A stretch of DNA of 63,346 nt, counting the filler, from Octopus bimaculoides (Eukaryota), in assembly GCF_001194135.2 (NCBI RefSeq). It is 6 parts of 6 records of this genome, joined end to end, with 100 filler letters (N's around TTAATTAATTAA, not from the genome) between each part and the next. Parts side by side here need not be neighbours in the genome. Positions count along the whole stretch, not along the records: positions 32,076 to 39,412 come from NC_069004.1; positions 39,513 to 47,113 come from NC_068996.1; positions 47,214 to 52,652 come from NC_069005.1; 3 more parts are not named here. One strand, written 5' to 3'. Made by a program: the position numbers and the translations under genes. Positions 37,316-49,697 of this stretch are shown one piece after another. The notes under the pieces are model-generated. The model had not been told where the DNA came from. It saw nothing but the letters and a program-made list of their open reading frames with translations, and did not search any database. The stretch's first letter is position 1; every line of letters starts with the position of its first letter.

Positions 37316-38099
37316 TTCTTCGTGTCTATGTTTGGCCCCCAACGCCGCTTCAGTGTGTGTTCTAGCCGTCATATCACACTCAACTGTGGGTGAGGCATTG
37401 GCTATCCACAACTATCTTTATACCCTAAACCAAAAGATTAATAGCCCTCCTCAACAAACAAACATAATCCGTATCAAATATATACAGTAAGACACCGGTA
37501 ATACAGCCATTAAAAGGAATGCATGAACAATTAAGGACTCTTCATTTCAGGCACTAAACTCGAAATCAAAACTACAGCACACCCAACCACTGAAATGAAC
37601 AAAAACACCAATCTAAATCTTGACCTGAGTAGACCGAACACTAATTTCGGACAGCGGATCAAGTTTTAGTCCCAACACACCCTCCACATACATGAACACT
37701 TACTGACAAAAAACTAACTCCACTTAGTTCGCTTTGAGACTGGTCAAATGGATAGACCCTGAAGAAGCTGCACCGATAATAGTGACAGGTTGCATCTGCA
37801 AATGCCAGTAGTGTGTACCATGGAAACGCATGTAGGTCTTTATAATATGCAGTACGAAATTGTAAGATAAGGGAAAATAAATTTTGAGGAGAAGCAAGTC
37901 TCCATACACTTTTAATCACTACTAATACATATTCCAGATAATATTACCGTCCAGCGAATCGAACACGGATTTATTCATCGGAAGATTTCACAGAGTCACT
38001 GACAACTAATAGCAGCTACGGACGTTAGATACTGATCGTTGTGGTTAGCCGTTAAATGGAACTTAACTGTGAGCCACCACGGTATCCGCCCTCCAAACT

Positions 38100-38689
<590 letters not shown>

Positions 38690-38843
38690 CATATATAAAA
38701 TACATACATATGCATATATACATACATACATATGCATACATATATATATATATGGGAGAATTTACGAAAAAAACAACAGACGAAGACAGGTGGTGTAAAC
38801 AACAAATGGATGTATTAGTTTAACGCTTGGGAATAGAGAAAGT

Positions 38844-38879
38844 CTTTAACGTTTCGAGCCTACGCTCTTCAACAGAAAG
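38844..38879 (-). ncRNA. Minimal hammerhead variant (PLE-associated type)
   Basis: CUUU-CUGUUGA-A-GAGC(GUAG)GCUC-GAAAC-GUU-AAAG. A homologous copy with flanks is at 45386-45420. Confidence 0.5.
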
Positions 38880-39070
38880 GGACACAGAAAGAAATAAAGA
38901 GAGAAAAAAAATATGTCAGTGATCTATCATGGCGAATGCCGGACAGAAGGGTCACACAGGAGAGTTAAGAAGAAGGATATATATATATATATATATATAN
39001 NNNNNNNNNNNNNNNNNNNNNNNNNNNNNNNTTATCTGTAAATAATATGTGACAATTATTCGGTAGTCAT

Positions 39071-39131
39071 GATAAAACTCCGAGTTTCGGATGTCGGGAC
39101 GGAAACCCACGCCGGCATCTCTTCAGTTATC
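39071..39131 (-). ncRNA. Type I hammerhead ribozyme, near-canonical
   Basis: GAUAA-CUGAAGA-[long stem II]-GAAAC-UCGGA-GUU-UUAUC. All core nucleotides present, 5-bp stem I, one bulged C next to the G10.1-C11.1 pair. Confidence 0.65.
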
Positions 39132-39512
39132 TGGTCATCGAAAAAATGCTATGAAAATGACCGTTAAACAAAGGGAAATTACTGTGTGGTTGACCGTTAT
39201 TAAGACAAAAGAGCTATCAGAATGACCGCTAAGTGAGGGAAAGGGGTAAAAATGTCCATAGTATTCGCGTAAGCGCACCAGTCCATACATACGCATGCGC
39301 GCCCGCACACCCACGTATATGCGCCTATATGTATATACTTATCCACCCTCGCTTGAAACACACATGCTCACCCACACATTCGCCAAAATAAAAAAGATAT
39401 ATATACCCGCATNNNNNNNNNNNNNNNNNNNNNNNNNNNNNNNNNNNNNNNNNNNNTTAATTAATTAANNNNNNNNNNNNNNNNNNNNNNNNNNNNNNNN
39501 NNNNNNNNNNNN

Positions 39513-39895
39513 AATTTCAAGGTTCATCCAAGGCTGGGACCACGGGCCATACATCCCCTGCCCAGTTCAGGGATCACAACATATAGGTACACTGCGGCAT
39601 AATTTCTTTTTCTCAACAGACCCTGCCCTGTTTAACATTCTCCCGAAACAGATAAAAGAGGAAACAGATCCTATCAGCTTTAAACGGAGTCTAGACAGCT
39701 TTCTTCAAAGAGTACCAGACAAGACACCCATACCTGGATACAACTCACTCAACAAGAACTCACTACTTGAATGGACCATAAACAAAACTGGACTTAAAAA
39801 GGATTTAGATAATCCTATCAGGTCGTGCTATTAAGTTAGACATGGCCTGTACCAATCTTTGGTCGAAACATATCTAAGTCTATCTAACTTTATGT
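39513..39895 (+). mobile_element. CR1-clade LINE 3' end
   Basis: TLRHNFFFSTDPALFNILPKQIKEETDPISFKRSLDSFLQRVPD..GY..NKNSL matches the CR1 ORF2 C-terminus. Short 3' UTR and CTAA-type tail. Confidence 0.75.
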
Positions 39896-40605
39896 CCTAA
39901 GTGTTGCCTAATAATAATTTGTTAAAATTAGTGTAGTTCAGCTAATTGAATTACTAGCCTTTGCATCCCATATATAACCCTTCCATTTCGAAATCTTCCG
40001 ATATGTACTTTAAATACACTTAGTTATTACTGCTGCTGCTACAGCCGTTTGCTGCTACTATTTTTGTTTTTGCTGTTGTTATTGTTGTTGTTGTTGTTGT
40101 TATTGTTGTTGTTGTTGTTGTTGTTTTGATGATTGCTGTCGCTACTACTGGATACCGTTATTTCTACTGTTGTTGCACTAATTTTCACCTATTAGAACTA
40201 AGCTCGCCAACGTGACTAGGGTGGACTGTACGTAAGTACGGAGGAATATCTATCTCTGTCAAGAAACAGTGCATTTTAGTGCTGTTGACATGTGTCATCT
40301 GTATTAACATATCTCTTCTATAAACGTTGCACTGAGAAGTTCAACTGTAATGAACTTATTGTTGCTGGTTGTTTTGCTACAACAAAAATTCGCTTCTTTC
40401 ACATGTTGGATGAAAACCAACTACGTTTCATTTTTCTTTTAATTTTTTGTTTTTCTCTATTTTCTATTTTATTTATTTATTTTATTTTATTTTATTTTAT
40501 TTCAGTTTTGGACCACTTTAGCAATAACGAATCATGTTGCCGATCGTTCTCCCGCCTTGTTGTAAACTCTACCCAACCATACTTTTGAGACATTATACGC
40601 ACAGG

Positions 40606-40616
40606 TCCATTTAAAC

Positions 40617-40675
<59 letters not shown>

Positions 40676-41441
40676 GCTGCTGTTGCTGCTGCTGCTGCTG
40701 TTGCTGTTGCTGTTGCTGTTGTTTCTGCAGCTGATGCTGCTTAAAGTAGCGAGCTTGGCAGAATGGTTAGCACGTCGTGCAAAAATGTTTAGCGCTTTAC
40801 GTTTTGATTACAAATTCCGCCTAGGTGGACTTTACATTTCATCTTTTCGGGGTCGTTAAAATGAGTATAAATTGAACACCGGGGTCGGTTTAATAGACTT
40901 ACCCCTTACCCTAAAACCAGGCCTTGTATCTATAATAGAAAGATTCTTCTTCTTCTTCTTCTTCTTCTTCTTCTTCTTCTTCTTCTTCTTCTTCTTCTTC
41001 TTCTTCTTCTTCTTCTTCTTCTTCTTCTTCTTCTTCTTCTTNNNNNNNNNNNNNNNNNNNNNNNNNNNNNNNNNNNNNNNNNNNNNNNNNNNNNNNNNNN
41101 NNNNNNNNNNNNNNNNNNNNNNNNNNNNNNNNNNNNNNNNNNNNNNNNNNNNNNNNNNNNNNNNNNNNNNNNNNNNNNNNNNNNNNNNNNNNNNNNNNNN
41201 NNNNNNNNNNNNNNNNNNNNNNNNNNNNNNNNNNNNNNNNNNNNNNNNNNNNNNNNNNNNNNNNNNNNNNNNNNNNNNNNNNNNNNNNNNNNNNNNNNNN
41301 NNNNNNNNNNNNNNNNNNNNNNNNNNNNNNNNNNNNNNNNNNNNNNNNNNNNNNNNNNNNNNNNNNNNNNNNNNNNNNNNNNNNNNNNNNNNNNNNNNNN
41401 NNNNNNNNNNNNNNNNNNNNNNNNNNCTTCTTCTTCTTCTT

Positions 41442-41494
<53 letters not shown>

Positions 41495-41501
41495 TCTTCT
41501 T

Positions 41502-41573
<72 letters not shown>

Positions 41574-41590
41574 CTTCTTCTTCTTTTTCT
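40606..41590. repeat. Compound microsatellites (GTT/GCT)n, (CTT)n, (CTA)n, representative of dozens in the window
   Basis: Directly visible. (CA)n, (TA)n, (TACA)n, (GATA)n and (AAT)n tracts occur throughout and border most N gaps. Confidence 0.95.
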
Positions 41591-42194
41591 TCTTCTCCAT
41601 TGCTATCGTCGCCGTCGTTTTTTTCTCGCATATTTTAAAACTTTTGCATGTAATTGAGTGCGGGACTATAAAACGGATAGCTTTCGCTAACAGTTTTAGA
41701 TGTTCGTGAAGTCGCAAGACTATGTCAAAAATATAGGCATCATATCAACTCTTCTAATTTTTAACCCAGTAGCACATCCAAGCTGTCACAGCCTGTAGGA
41801 GAAAGCTACAGTAGCACTCGACCACTACTTATTGTCGGCTGAGTAAACTGGAGCAACGTGAAATGAAGAGCCTTGCTTAAGGACAGAACGCGCCGCTCAC
41901 TCGAGGAACACACGACACTATAACAGTGAGCCAAACAACCTGATCACTTCCTTTCTAGAGAAAGTAATATATGCAAATATTGGTTTCAAATTATGGCACA
42001 AACCCAGCAATTTCGGGTAAGAAGGTAAGTTTCCTCATTGACCTCAGTGATCAAATGATACTTATTTCAATCGACCCTCAAAGGATAAAAGGCAAAGTCA
42101 ATCTCGACAAAATTTGAGCTCAGAACGTCAAGACAGACATTCCGCTAAGCATTTTTTAAAAAAATTTCACTATCATTTTTAAATTACGTTTCAT

Positions 42195-42832
42195 AACCCT
42201 TTCATGATAAGAAGGCCATGTGGTGTGTATGGTGGGACCACTCTGGGATTATTCATTGGGAAATCATCGTTCAAGATCATCGCTCAGAAATAAAATTTCT
42301 GTGAATGGTAGGATGAAAACGATACGAAATATAAATGGCCTATTTCTGACAGAAATGGAAAAAGCAGCATTGCGTTAACAGTGACGTTCATCTGGCTGAG
42401 TTTGACCGCTTGGAAGCTGCTGCCAAAGACAAACCTCCCCATAAAAAGATGACAACGGAAGACCACATGTTGAACGGCAAGTAATCCAAGCAATCAAAGA
42501 CAAAATATGGGAGCTACTTGAACCCCCATCATATTCTCCCACTGAAGTTCCTACAGACTATCACGTCGTTCACTAAAAAATTGAAGCGCGGGTAAAGTCT
42601 ACAATGATTTGGACGACCCGCTGACGTTAAACCGTGGATTGCGTCCAAAGATCGTCACTTTTTTGCGCGTGGAATCGTTCGTTTCCCAAGCAAATGGGAA
42701 GCAGTTGTTGAAGTAGATGGCTACTATGCTCCAGAATAATCATCTAAACACATTTTAACCGTACTTTGGTGATTTATTTGCGAATGAATTTAGAATTTTA
42801 AAAGCGATCGTTAATTACGTGCCAACCCAATG
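42195..42832 (+). mobile_element. Mariner (DD34D) transposase 3' half with right TIR
   Basis: HDKKAMWCVWWDHSGIIHWE, DDNGRPH..YSPTEVPTDY (34 residues between the Asp residues), KWEAVVEVDGYYAPE*. TIR AATTACGTGCCAACCCAATG followed by TA. Confidence 0.85.
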
Positions 42833-44073
42833 TATAGATATATATACACACATTTACACAAATATGTGTGTATATATATATGTCATATATTCATATGTAA
42901 ATAATATACATACATATATTTATTTACATGTATATATGTAAATATATATGTTCCTATATACGTTTATATAAATATATATGTACACACACGCACGCACGCA
43001 CATACGCACACACATACACCCACACGTGTACACACACGCTCGCGCGCGCACGAGTGTATATGTATCTATGTATATACATATTGAAAGGAAAAGAAAATGT
43101 AGAGAAAGAGAAAATATTGGATTTATAACTTTTGAAGTGGCAGCTTAGAAGGTTGGGTGAACATTGAGTGCACACAAATTTGTTTGGTAAGCGTCTGCAC
43201 CAGACAACAGGTAGAACTAAGTACGAAGTACTTGAGTCATAAACTAACATTCAGTTATAAATGACATATTGGAAGCACTCAAACTGCTACGATAACTCAA
43301 AATTTGTCATAGCTCACTATTTCATCTAAATCCATGAATGTGTTTACCAAAACAAAAAAAAAAAAAGAAAGAAAAAAGAAGATAAGACGCTAACTATTGA
43401 AATATACGCCACGAAACAATCGTTTGATTTGCACGGCAGGATTTAGGATTTAAACTATCAAATATATTTCAGTTTAAGTTAGATTATATTGAAGAGGATT
43501 TAAGTGGTTTCAAAAAGTAATGGGTGAGACGGCTTTAATTATGATAATATCTGAAAAGTGATTTTTAAGATAGTTTAGCAGCTGTTTTTTTTTTTTTTGC
43601 ATGATTTAATTACCGGAATTGAGGACANNNNNNNNNNTGAGTATTAAAATGCATATATACATTCTTTGATGATAAAATATATTTAAAGTATAAAGCTTTG
43701 TATGAACTTTGTAGTGTTACATACTGATTGTCATATTAAGGTGAAATTGTTAAAAACAGTGTTAAAAACAGTGTATGAAAATACACATATGGAAAAATAC
43801 ATATACATATACATATTCTCATACATATTCTTTGACAATCGAATAAAATTGAGAAGGAACTGACCTGGCCTTTTTCTCTTGTGTATATTGAAGGAATGTT
43901 TTACTATATATATATATATTCATATAGATAAATAGTTAGACAGACAGACAGACAGACAGATAGCTAGATAGATAGATAGAGACATATCTGACAAATGTAT
44001 ATGTGTATGTGTATTTGTAGGCACGTACATACATACGTATATACCATAAATATACATATATACATATACATAC

Positions 44074-44131
<58 letters not shown>

Positions 44132-44187
44132 AATGAAAAACGAGAAATGAAGTATACGAGAGCTTATTAATCACGACAATATATATA

Positions 44188-45020
44188 CGTGGTCTGATCA
44201 ATAGGTATCCGGATTATTGCCATAGTAACAAAGCTAAAGCACGCAGAGTAAAGCTGCTTGGCACAGGTTGACTTTGAACTTTGGTGCGCATGCGCGCTAA
44301 GTTTTAAAATTCTAGCTCACTTCCGCTATTTACGGCAGTGATTGGTGTGTAACGTGTGATCATGGCATTGACCATGACAGAGAAAGTAGAGTAGAGAATT
44401 TGCAGAAAGTTTCCAAAAAGTTTTCATCATTCTTGGCACAATCAGGGAGATCTTGTGCAACTGAAACCCGAGTGTCTTTTTGGTCAGATGAAAGGAGTTT
44501 TGCTACAAAGTTGACAGACACGGGTCTCATGCCAAAATTTTCAGTTATAATAAACTGAATTGAACTGTAACCAATCTACACATCCTCTGATAACTCACGG
44601 ATGATGATTCGACGATTTTCCCTTCACGGCTGCGAAGTTTTTCTCAGTTCTGATGGTTGCAGGCCTCCCAGAACGTTCGTCAATATCGACATTTTTTTGG
44701 CCATCTTAGAAACATCTGAACCACTGATACACTTGTGTGCGGTTCATATACTCCTCTCCATACACTTTCTTTGCAACTTTGCGTAGACCTCTGAGCAGAA
44801 ATCGCCATGACAACTTTCACCGTCATGATCAATGCGACGATCACACGCTAAACACTTTCTTTCCAAGCACTGCTGTAAACAGCGAAAGTGAACTAGAACG
44901 TTAAAACTTAGTGCGCCTGCGTAGCAGCGTTCAAGGTCAATCTTTGCCAAGCGGCTTTGCTCTGCGTGCTTTAGTTTTGTTACTATGGCAACAGTCCGGA
45001 TACTTATTGATTAGACCCCG
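44188..45020 (-). mobile_element. Mariner derivative made of two inverted 5' ends (fold-back), TA TSD
   Basis: Arms of about 225-245 bp, both containing the TIR CG(T/G)GGTCT(G/A)ATCAATA(G/A)GTATCCGGA and the ORF start. The minus strand encodes KVYGEEYMNRTQVYQWF..DERSGRP..ENRRIIIRELSEDV..FVAKLL..NDENFLE and stops before the first catalytic Asp. Confidence 0.85.
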
Positions 45021-45499
45021 TATATATATATATATATCACGTGACTGACCAAACTAACAGATATTGTTACGCATTGTAGGTCCCAATGCTTTGCATCATT
45101 TTAGCCTTCGAATAATGCTACCCCGCCGGTTAGGTGAGCAGACCAACATCCACACCCTTTATCTGAAAGTGAGGACTGGAACAACAAGAAATTAAGTGTT
45201 TTGCTCAAGAACACAGTGTGCCGCCCGGTCTGGGAAACGAACCCACCATTTAGGATCGGAGTGTAACAGCTTAACAACTTGGCCACGAGCTTTTATATAT
45301 ATAGTTCAAATTTACAAAGAGAGGTGCGGGAACAACGAGCAGGTACATTAGTTTAACACTTGGGAAAAATGGAAAAGTTTTTAGTTTTTAACGTTTCGAT
45401 CCTACGCTCTTCGACAAAAAAATTGGAGCGAGAATGAAAAAAAAAAAAAACGGAGAGATCGATTTGTTTGAAATTCAGTTTCAAAATATTAACGCTCAT

Positions 45500-46250
45500 A
45501 TCTGCGGGCTCAGCAATGAATGGAGAGGAATTCTTGGAAGTCTAACACCGTAGGGTGATTGAATTAAGGAGAGAAAAAATGATAATTAGAAAATAAGCCG
45601 GAATGGAATTAACGGGTTAAACTCTATAAATGACGAGAATAGAGGAAACTTGTGAGTTGAGTTGACCGGGGAGGAAGTGTTAAAATACTAATTATTTCGG
45701 AAGAGCAGAGGATTCTGTAGTTGTGTAAAGAATAACCAATGGGATTACGCAATTCGTCAGTGTGCTAGAGTATAGGTTACTGTTTAGTGAATCTTTGCCA
45801 ATCAGATTTTCTTGTGGGCAAAATCTAGAATATTTCTGTGAATCATTCTCCAATCTCTAATGAAGTTATTTCATCATTGTAGAAACTCAAATTACATCGG
45901 AGGATCTTTTTCTTCTTTTTTGGCCCTTTACTTCGTTGCGTTGTCAGGAAATATCTTGGGAATGTGAGACATAGCATTTTAGTGAGTATGAGAGCTTTTG
46001 TCCCTTGTCTTCTTGAGGAGAACAATGATTTTATTTTTGCGTTGCTAAAGAATATTAGATTTTTGTATTTTAATCAGGGAATATTTTCGAGGTCTTTGTT
46101 TAGGGAGGCAGGGCAGGTTTCACAGACATTGATGAACTTATACTTGAAAGGATCAAATTTGTTGAAGGTTAAGAAATTGAGACGTATCATCAGTATACAA
46201 GCGAATAAGGTTAGTGGTGAGAGCACGTGTGCTTTTAAGTACAAAAAGAA
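45500..46250 (-). mobile_element. Possible Penelope-like N-terminal relic next to a hammerhead-bearing repeat
   Basis: Weak peptide CNLSFYNDEITSLEIGE*F..ILPTRK resembles the PLE NLS..L...E..LL..GL.F...P motif. Adjacent to the 45386 motif on the same strand. Confidence 0.25.
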
Positions 46251-47504
46251 GTGAATTATTCAAATCCCAACCATAATCCTATCACTTTCTCAAGCTCTAA
46301 AACTGATCTTGTCACAATTTTTGATGTGTCTTCAAAAGATAAGCTAATTATATAACTAGAAATTATATCTGTTCGTTAAACTGAATTTTAACTTAAGCCT
46401 TACTTACACATAAATCTTAAACATGCATATGACATAAAAACCTAGTTTAAACCTAACTTTTGACCTAACTCCTACTTTCAGCAAAACTAAACAAATAATG
46501 CAATACTGAAAATCACCTAAGTCTAAACTTAATGCTTGAGGTACCCTAATCCTATTCCTTACATCATAAACCAAGTTTGTCGCCATATTAAATATGTCAG
46601 TTTTTTACGTATGATTCAAAATTAGCCATGCAAGTCGTATTTCCATTCAATCATTACATTAAACATATTAATTTAGATATAACTCTCTTTTATTCTTTTT
46701 AATAGTTTCGGTCATTGGGTTGCAGCTATACTAGGGCAAAGCTCTGGAGTGTTTAGTCGAACATGTCGACCCCAGAACTTATTATATTTTTAAATCAGGC
46801 ACATATTTTATGTCTGAAAAGTTCTCCCTCGCATTACAGAGATATTGCATTCCGGAATATCTTGTTCTGACGTGGAAGTTTGCAATACAAAGTTTATTTT
46901 TTTATGACTTCCCTGCTATAAATTTACAATGCTATCGGTGTCGGTATGTTTACGTCCACCGTAAATAGCTGTTCGAGAAAAGCGGCTTGAAAAGAAAGAA
47001 AAAAAAGTAATGTGGTTGATTCATTTGATTAAAAAGTTTTCAAAAGCAGTGCCCCAGCATGGCCGCAGACTTATGACTTAAGCAAGTAATATATATATAT
47101 TCTTATATGGGATNNNNNNNNNNNNNNNNNNNNNNNNNNNNNNNNNNNNNNNNNNNNTTAATTAATTAANNNNNNNNNNNNNNNNNNNNNNNNNNNNNNN
47201 NNNNNNNNNNNNNTATATATATATATATATATATATATCATGCATATATTGACCCTGTTTGGACGCAACTAGAACTGGTCAAAGGGAGATAATTCCATCT
47301 TGCTCAGAAGGGATGTTAGTAGATCTTTGTTTCAGATTTTTTTCACAATCCTGACTGACCAAGACTCTATTCCTACCCCTACTAGTAGAGAGATTATGTG
47401 TCTCTGACCAGACTTGTCTGACAAGTCACCTGTATCATTAAGAGCATAATAACTGTAAAACCAGAGGTAACATCCTGACAACCATTCCCAACAACTACAT
47501 TGAA

Positions 47505-47830
47505 CATCATCATCATCATCATCATCGTTTAACGTCCGCTTTCCATGCTAGCATGGGTTGGACGATTTGACTGAGGACTGGTGAAACCGGATGGCAACAC
47601 CAGGCTCCAATCTAATTTGGCAGAGTTTCTACAGCTGGATGCCCTTCCTAACGCCAACCACTCAGAGAGTGTAGTGGGTGCTTTTACGTGTCACCCGCAC
47701 AAAGGCCAGTCAGGCGGTACTGGCAATGGCCACGCTCGAAATGGTGTCTTTTATGTGCCACCCGCACAAAAGCCAGTCCAGGGGCACTGGCAACGATCTC
47801 GCTCGAAAACCCTACGAAGGCCAGTCAGGC
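47505..47830 (-). mobile_element. RTE LINE 3' UTR and (GAT)n tail, inverted copy
   Basis: Reverse complement of the 51290-51513 terminal region, including GGCGTTAGGAAGGGCATCCAGCTGTAGAAAC and CATGGAAAGCGGACGTTAAACGATGATG. Confidence 0.85.
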
Positions 47831-48518
47831 NNNNNNNNNNNNNNNNNNNNNNNNNNNNNNNNNNNNNNNNNNNNNNNNNNNNNNNNNNNNNNNNNNNNNN
47901 NNNNNNNNNNNNNNNNNNNNNNNNNNNNNNNNNNNNNNNNNNNNNNNNNNNNNNNNNNNNNNNNNNNNNNNNNNNNNNNNNNNNNNNNNNNNNNNNNNNN
48001 NNNNNNNNNNNNNNNNNNNNNNNNNNNNNNNNNNNNNNNNNNNNNNNNNNNNNNNNNNNNNNNNNNNNNNNNNNNNNNNNNNNNNNNNNNNNNNNNNNNN
48101 NNNNNNNNNNNNNNNNNNNNNNNNNNNNNNNNNNNNNNNNNNNNNNNNNNNNNNNNNNNNNNNNNNNNNNNNNNNNNNNNNNNNNNNNNNNNNNNNNNNN
48201 NNNNNNNNNNNNNNNNNNNNNNNNNNNNNNNNNNNNNNNNNNNNNNNNNNNNNNNNNNNNNNNNNNNNNNNNNNNNNNNNNNNNNNNNNNNNNNNNNNNN
48301 NNNNNNNNNNNNNNNNNNNNNNNNNNNNNNNNNNNNNNNNNNNNNNNNNNNNNNNNNNNNNNNNNNNNNNNNNNNNNNNNNNNNNNNNNNNNNNNNNNNN
48401 NNNNNNNNNNNNNNNNNNNNNNNNNNNNNNNNNNNNNNNNNNNNNNNNNNNNNNNNNNNNNNNNNNNNNNNNNNNNNNNNNNNNNNNNNNNNNNNNNNNN
48501 NNNNNNNNNNNNNNNNNN

Positions 48519-49010
48519 GTTGAATGGTGGATGAACGCACACCTAAACAACTGTTTTATGGTCAGCTTGCAGAGGGGAAATGCAATCAGTGTAAACCTGA
48601 AAAGAGGTTTAAGAACAACATAAGGGCCACCATGAAGTTACTTGGAATGGATCCAAAGGCAATAGAAACCCTTGTTTCTGATCGAGCTAGATGATGAACA
48701 AAAGTGTGGGGTGGAATGAAAGCATTTGAGGGGGCCAGGATAACAGAGATTTAAAGAAGAATGTTGCGAATATCAGTGACCTTTTTGTGTGCACAGTTTA
48801 TGATAAAACATGCCTTTCTTTTGCTGGGCTCAAATCTCATTTGCAGAATCATGAAAAACGAACCTCCACTAACTATTCTGCGTATATATCTCTGCACACC
48901 TTTCAATGCCATGTATGCCATATGGTCTACAATTCTAAGGGAGGCCTCAAAAGACATTTTAAGATACACAAAGATCAGAACTTAACTGCAGCTCTTGGTG
49001 GTCCAAATTG
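48519..49010 (+). mobile_element. RTE (BovB-like) LINE ORF2 C-terminus with two C2H2 zinc fingers
   Basis: DERTPKQLFYGQLAEGK..KRFKNNIRATMK..DRAR, then CTVYDKTCLSFAGLKSHLQNH and CHVCHMVYNSKGGLKRHFKIH. Confidence 0.8.
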
Positions 49011-49180
49011 GATGTGCAATTGTCTTTTCAATGTATTGTGGGTGTCTTTTCAATGTATTGTCTTGTTTAAAAAGTCACATCAGATACCATGATGAATCTA
49101 AAGTGTAGGTACCAGAGATGGTCAGATTCTGCATAAGGAGTAGACAACCACCATAGATAGGTAAATATATAGATAGATAA

Positions 49181-49229
<49 letters not shown>

Positions 49230-49697
49230 TAGATAGATAGATAGTTAGAGGGACAGACAGGCAGATAGATAAATATGTGCGTGTATGTCTGTCTGCATCC
49301 CACCACTTGACCACCAATGCTATTGTTTTTACATCCCCATAACTTAGTTTGGCAAAAGAGACTGATAGAATATGCATCAGATTTTTAAAAAAACAAACTA
49401 AAAAAAAAACTAAGTACTGAGTCAATTTGTTCAGTTAAACCCTTCAAAGCAGTGCCCTAGCATGGCTGCAGTCCAATGTCTATAGCAAGTAAAAGATAGA
49501 AAAGATATGTGCACGTAAGTGAAAATGTACAGACATACCTAAGATGGCATGCAGGCATGTATCCATACAGAGATATGTAGATACGACAAGACATGATTAC
49601 CTGGATGATGTCTAAATTCCAGTGAAAGAGCGTTGTTTTTAGGTTTATGACTAGCATTTTCTCTATTGGTAAGAAAATTTTAAAATAAATTCAGAAC

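Noticed and set aside
37948-38024. tRNA-sized segment on - with CGTCC/GGACG ends and a TTCGATT loop
   Set aside because: The D and anticodon arms do not pair and there is no A box.
48787-49092. Host C2H2 zinc-finger gene
   Set aside because: It is contiguous with RTE ORF2 C-terminal motifs, so it was assigned to the LINE.
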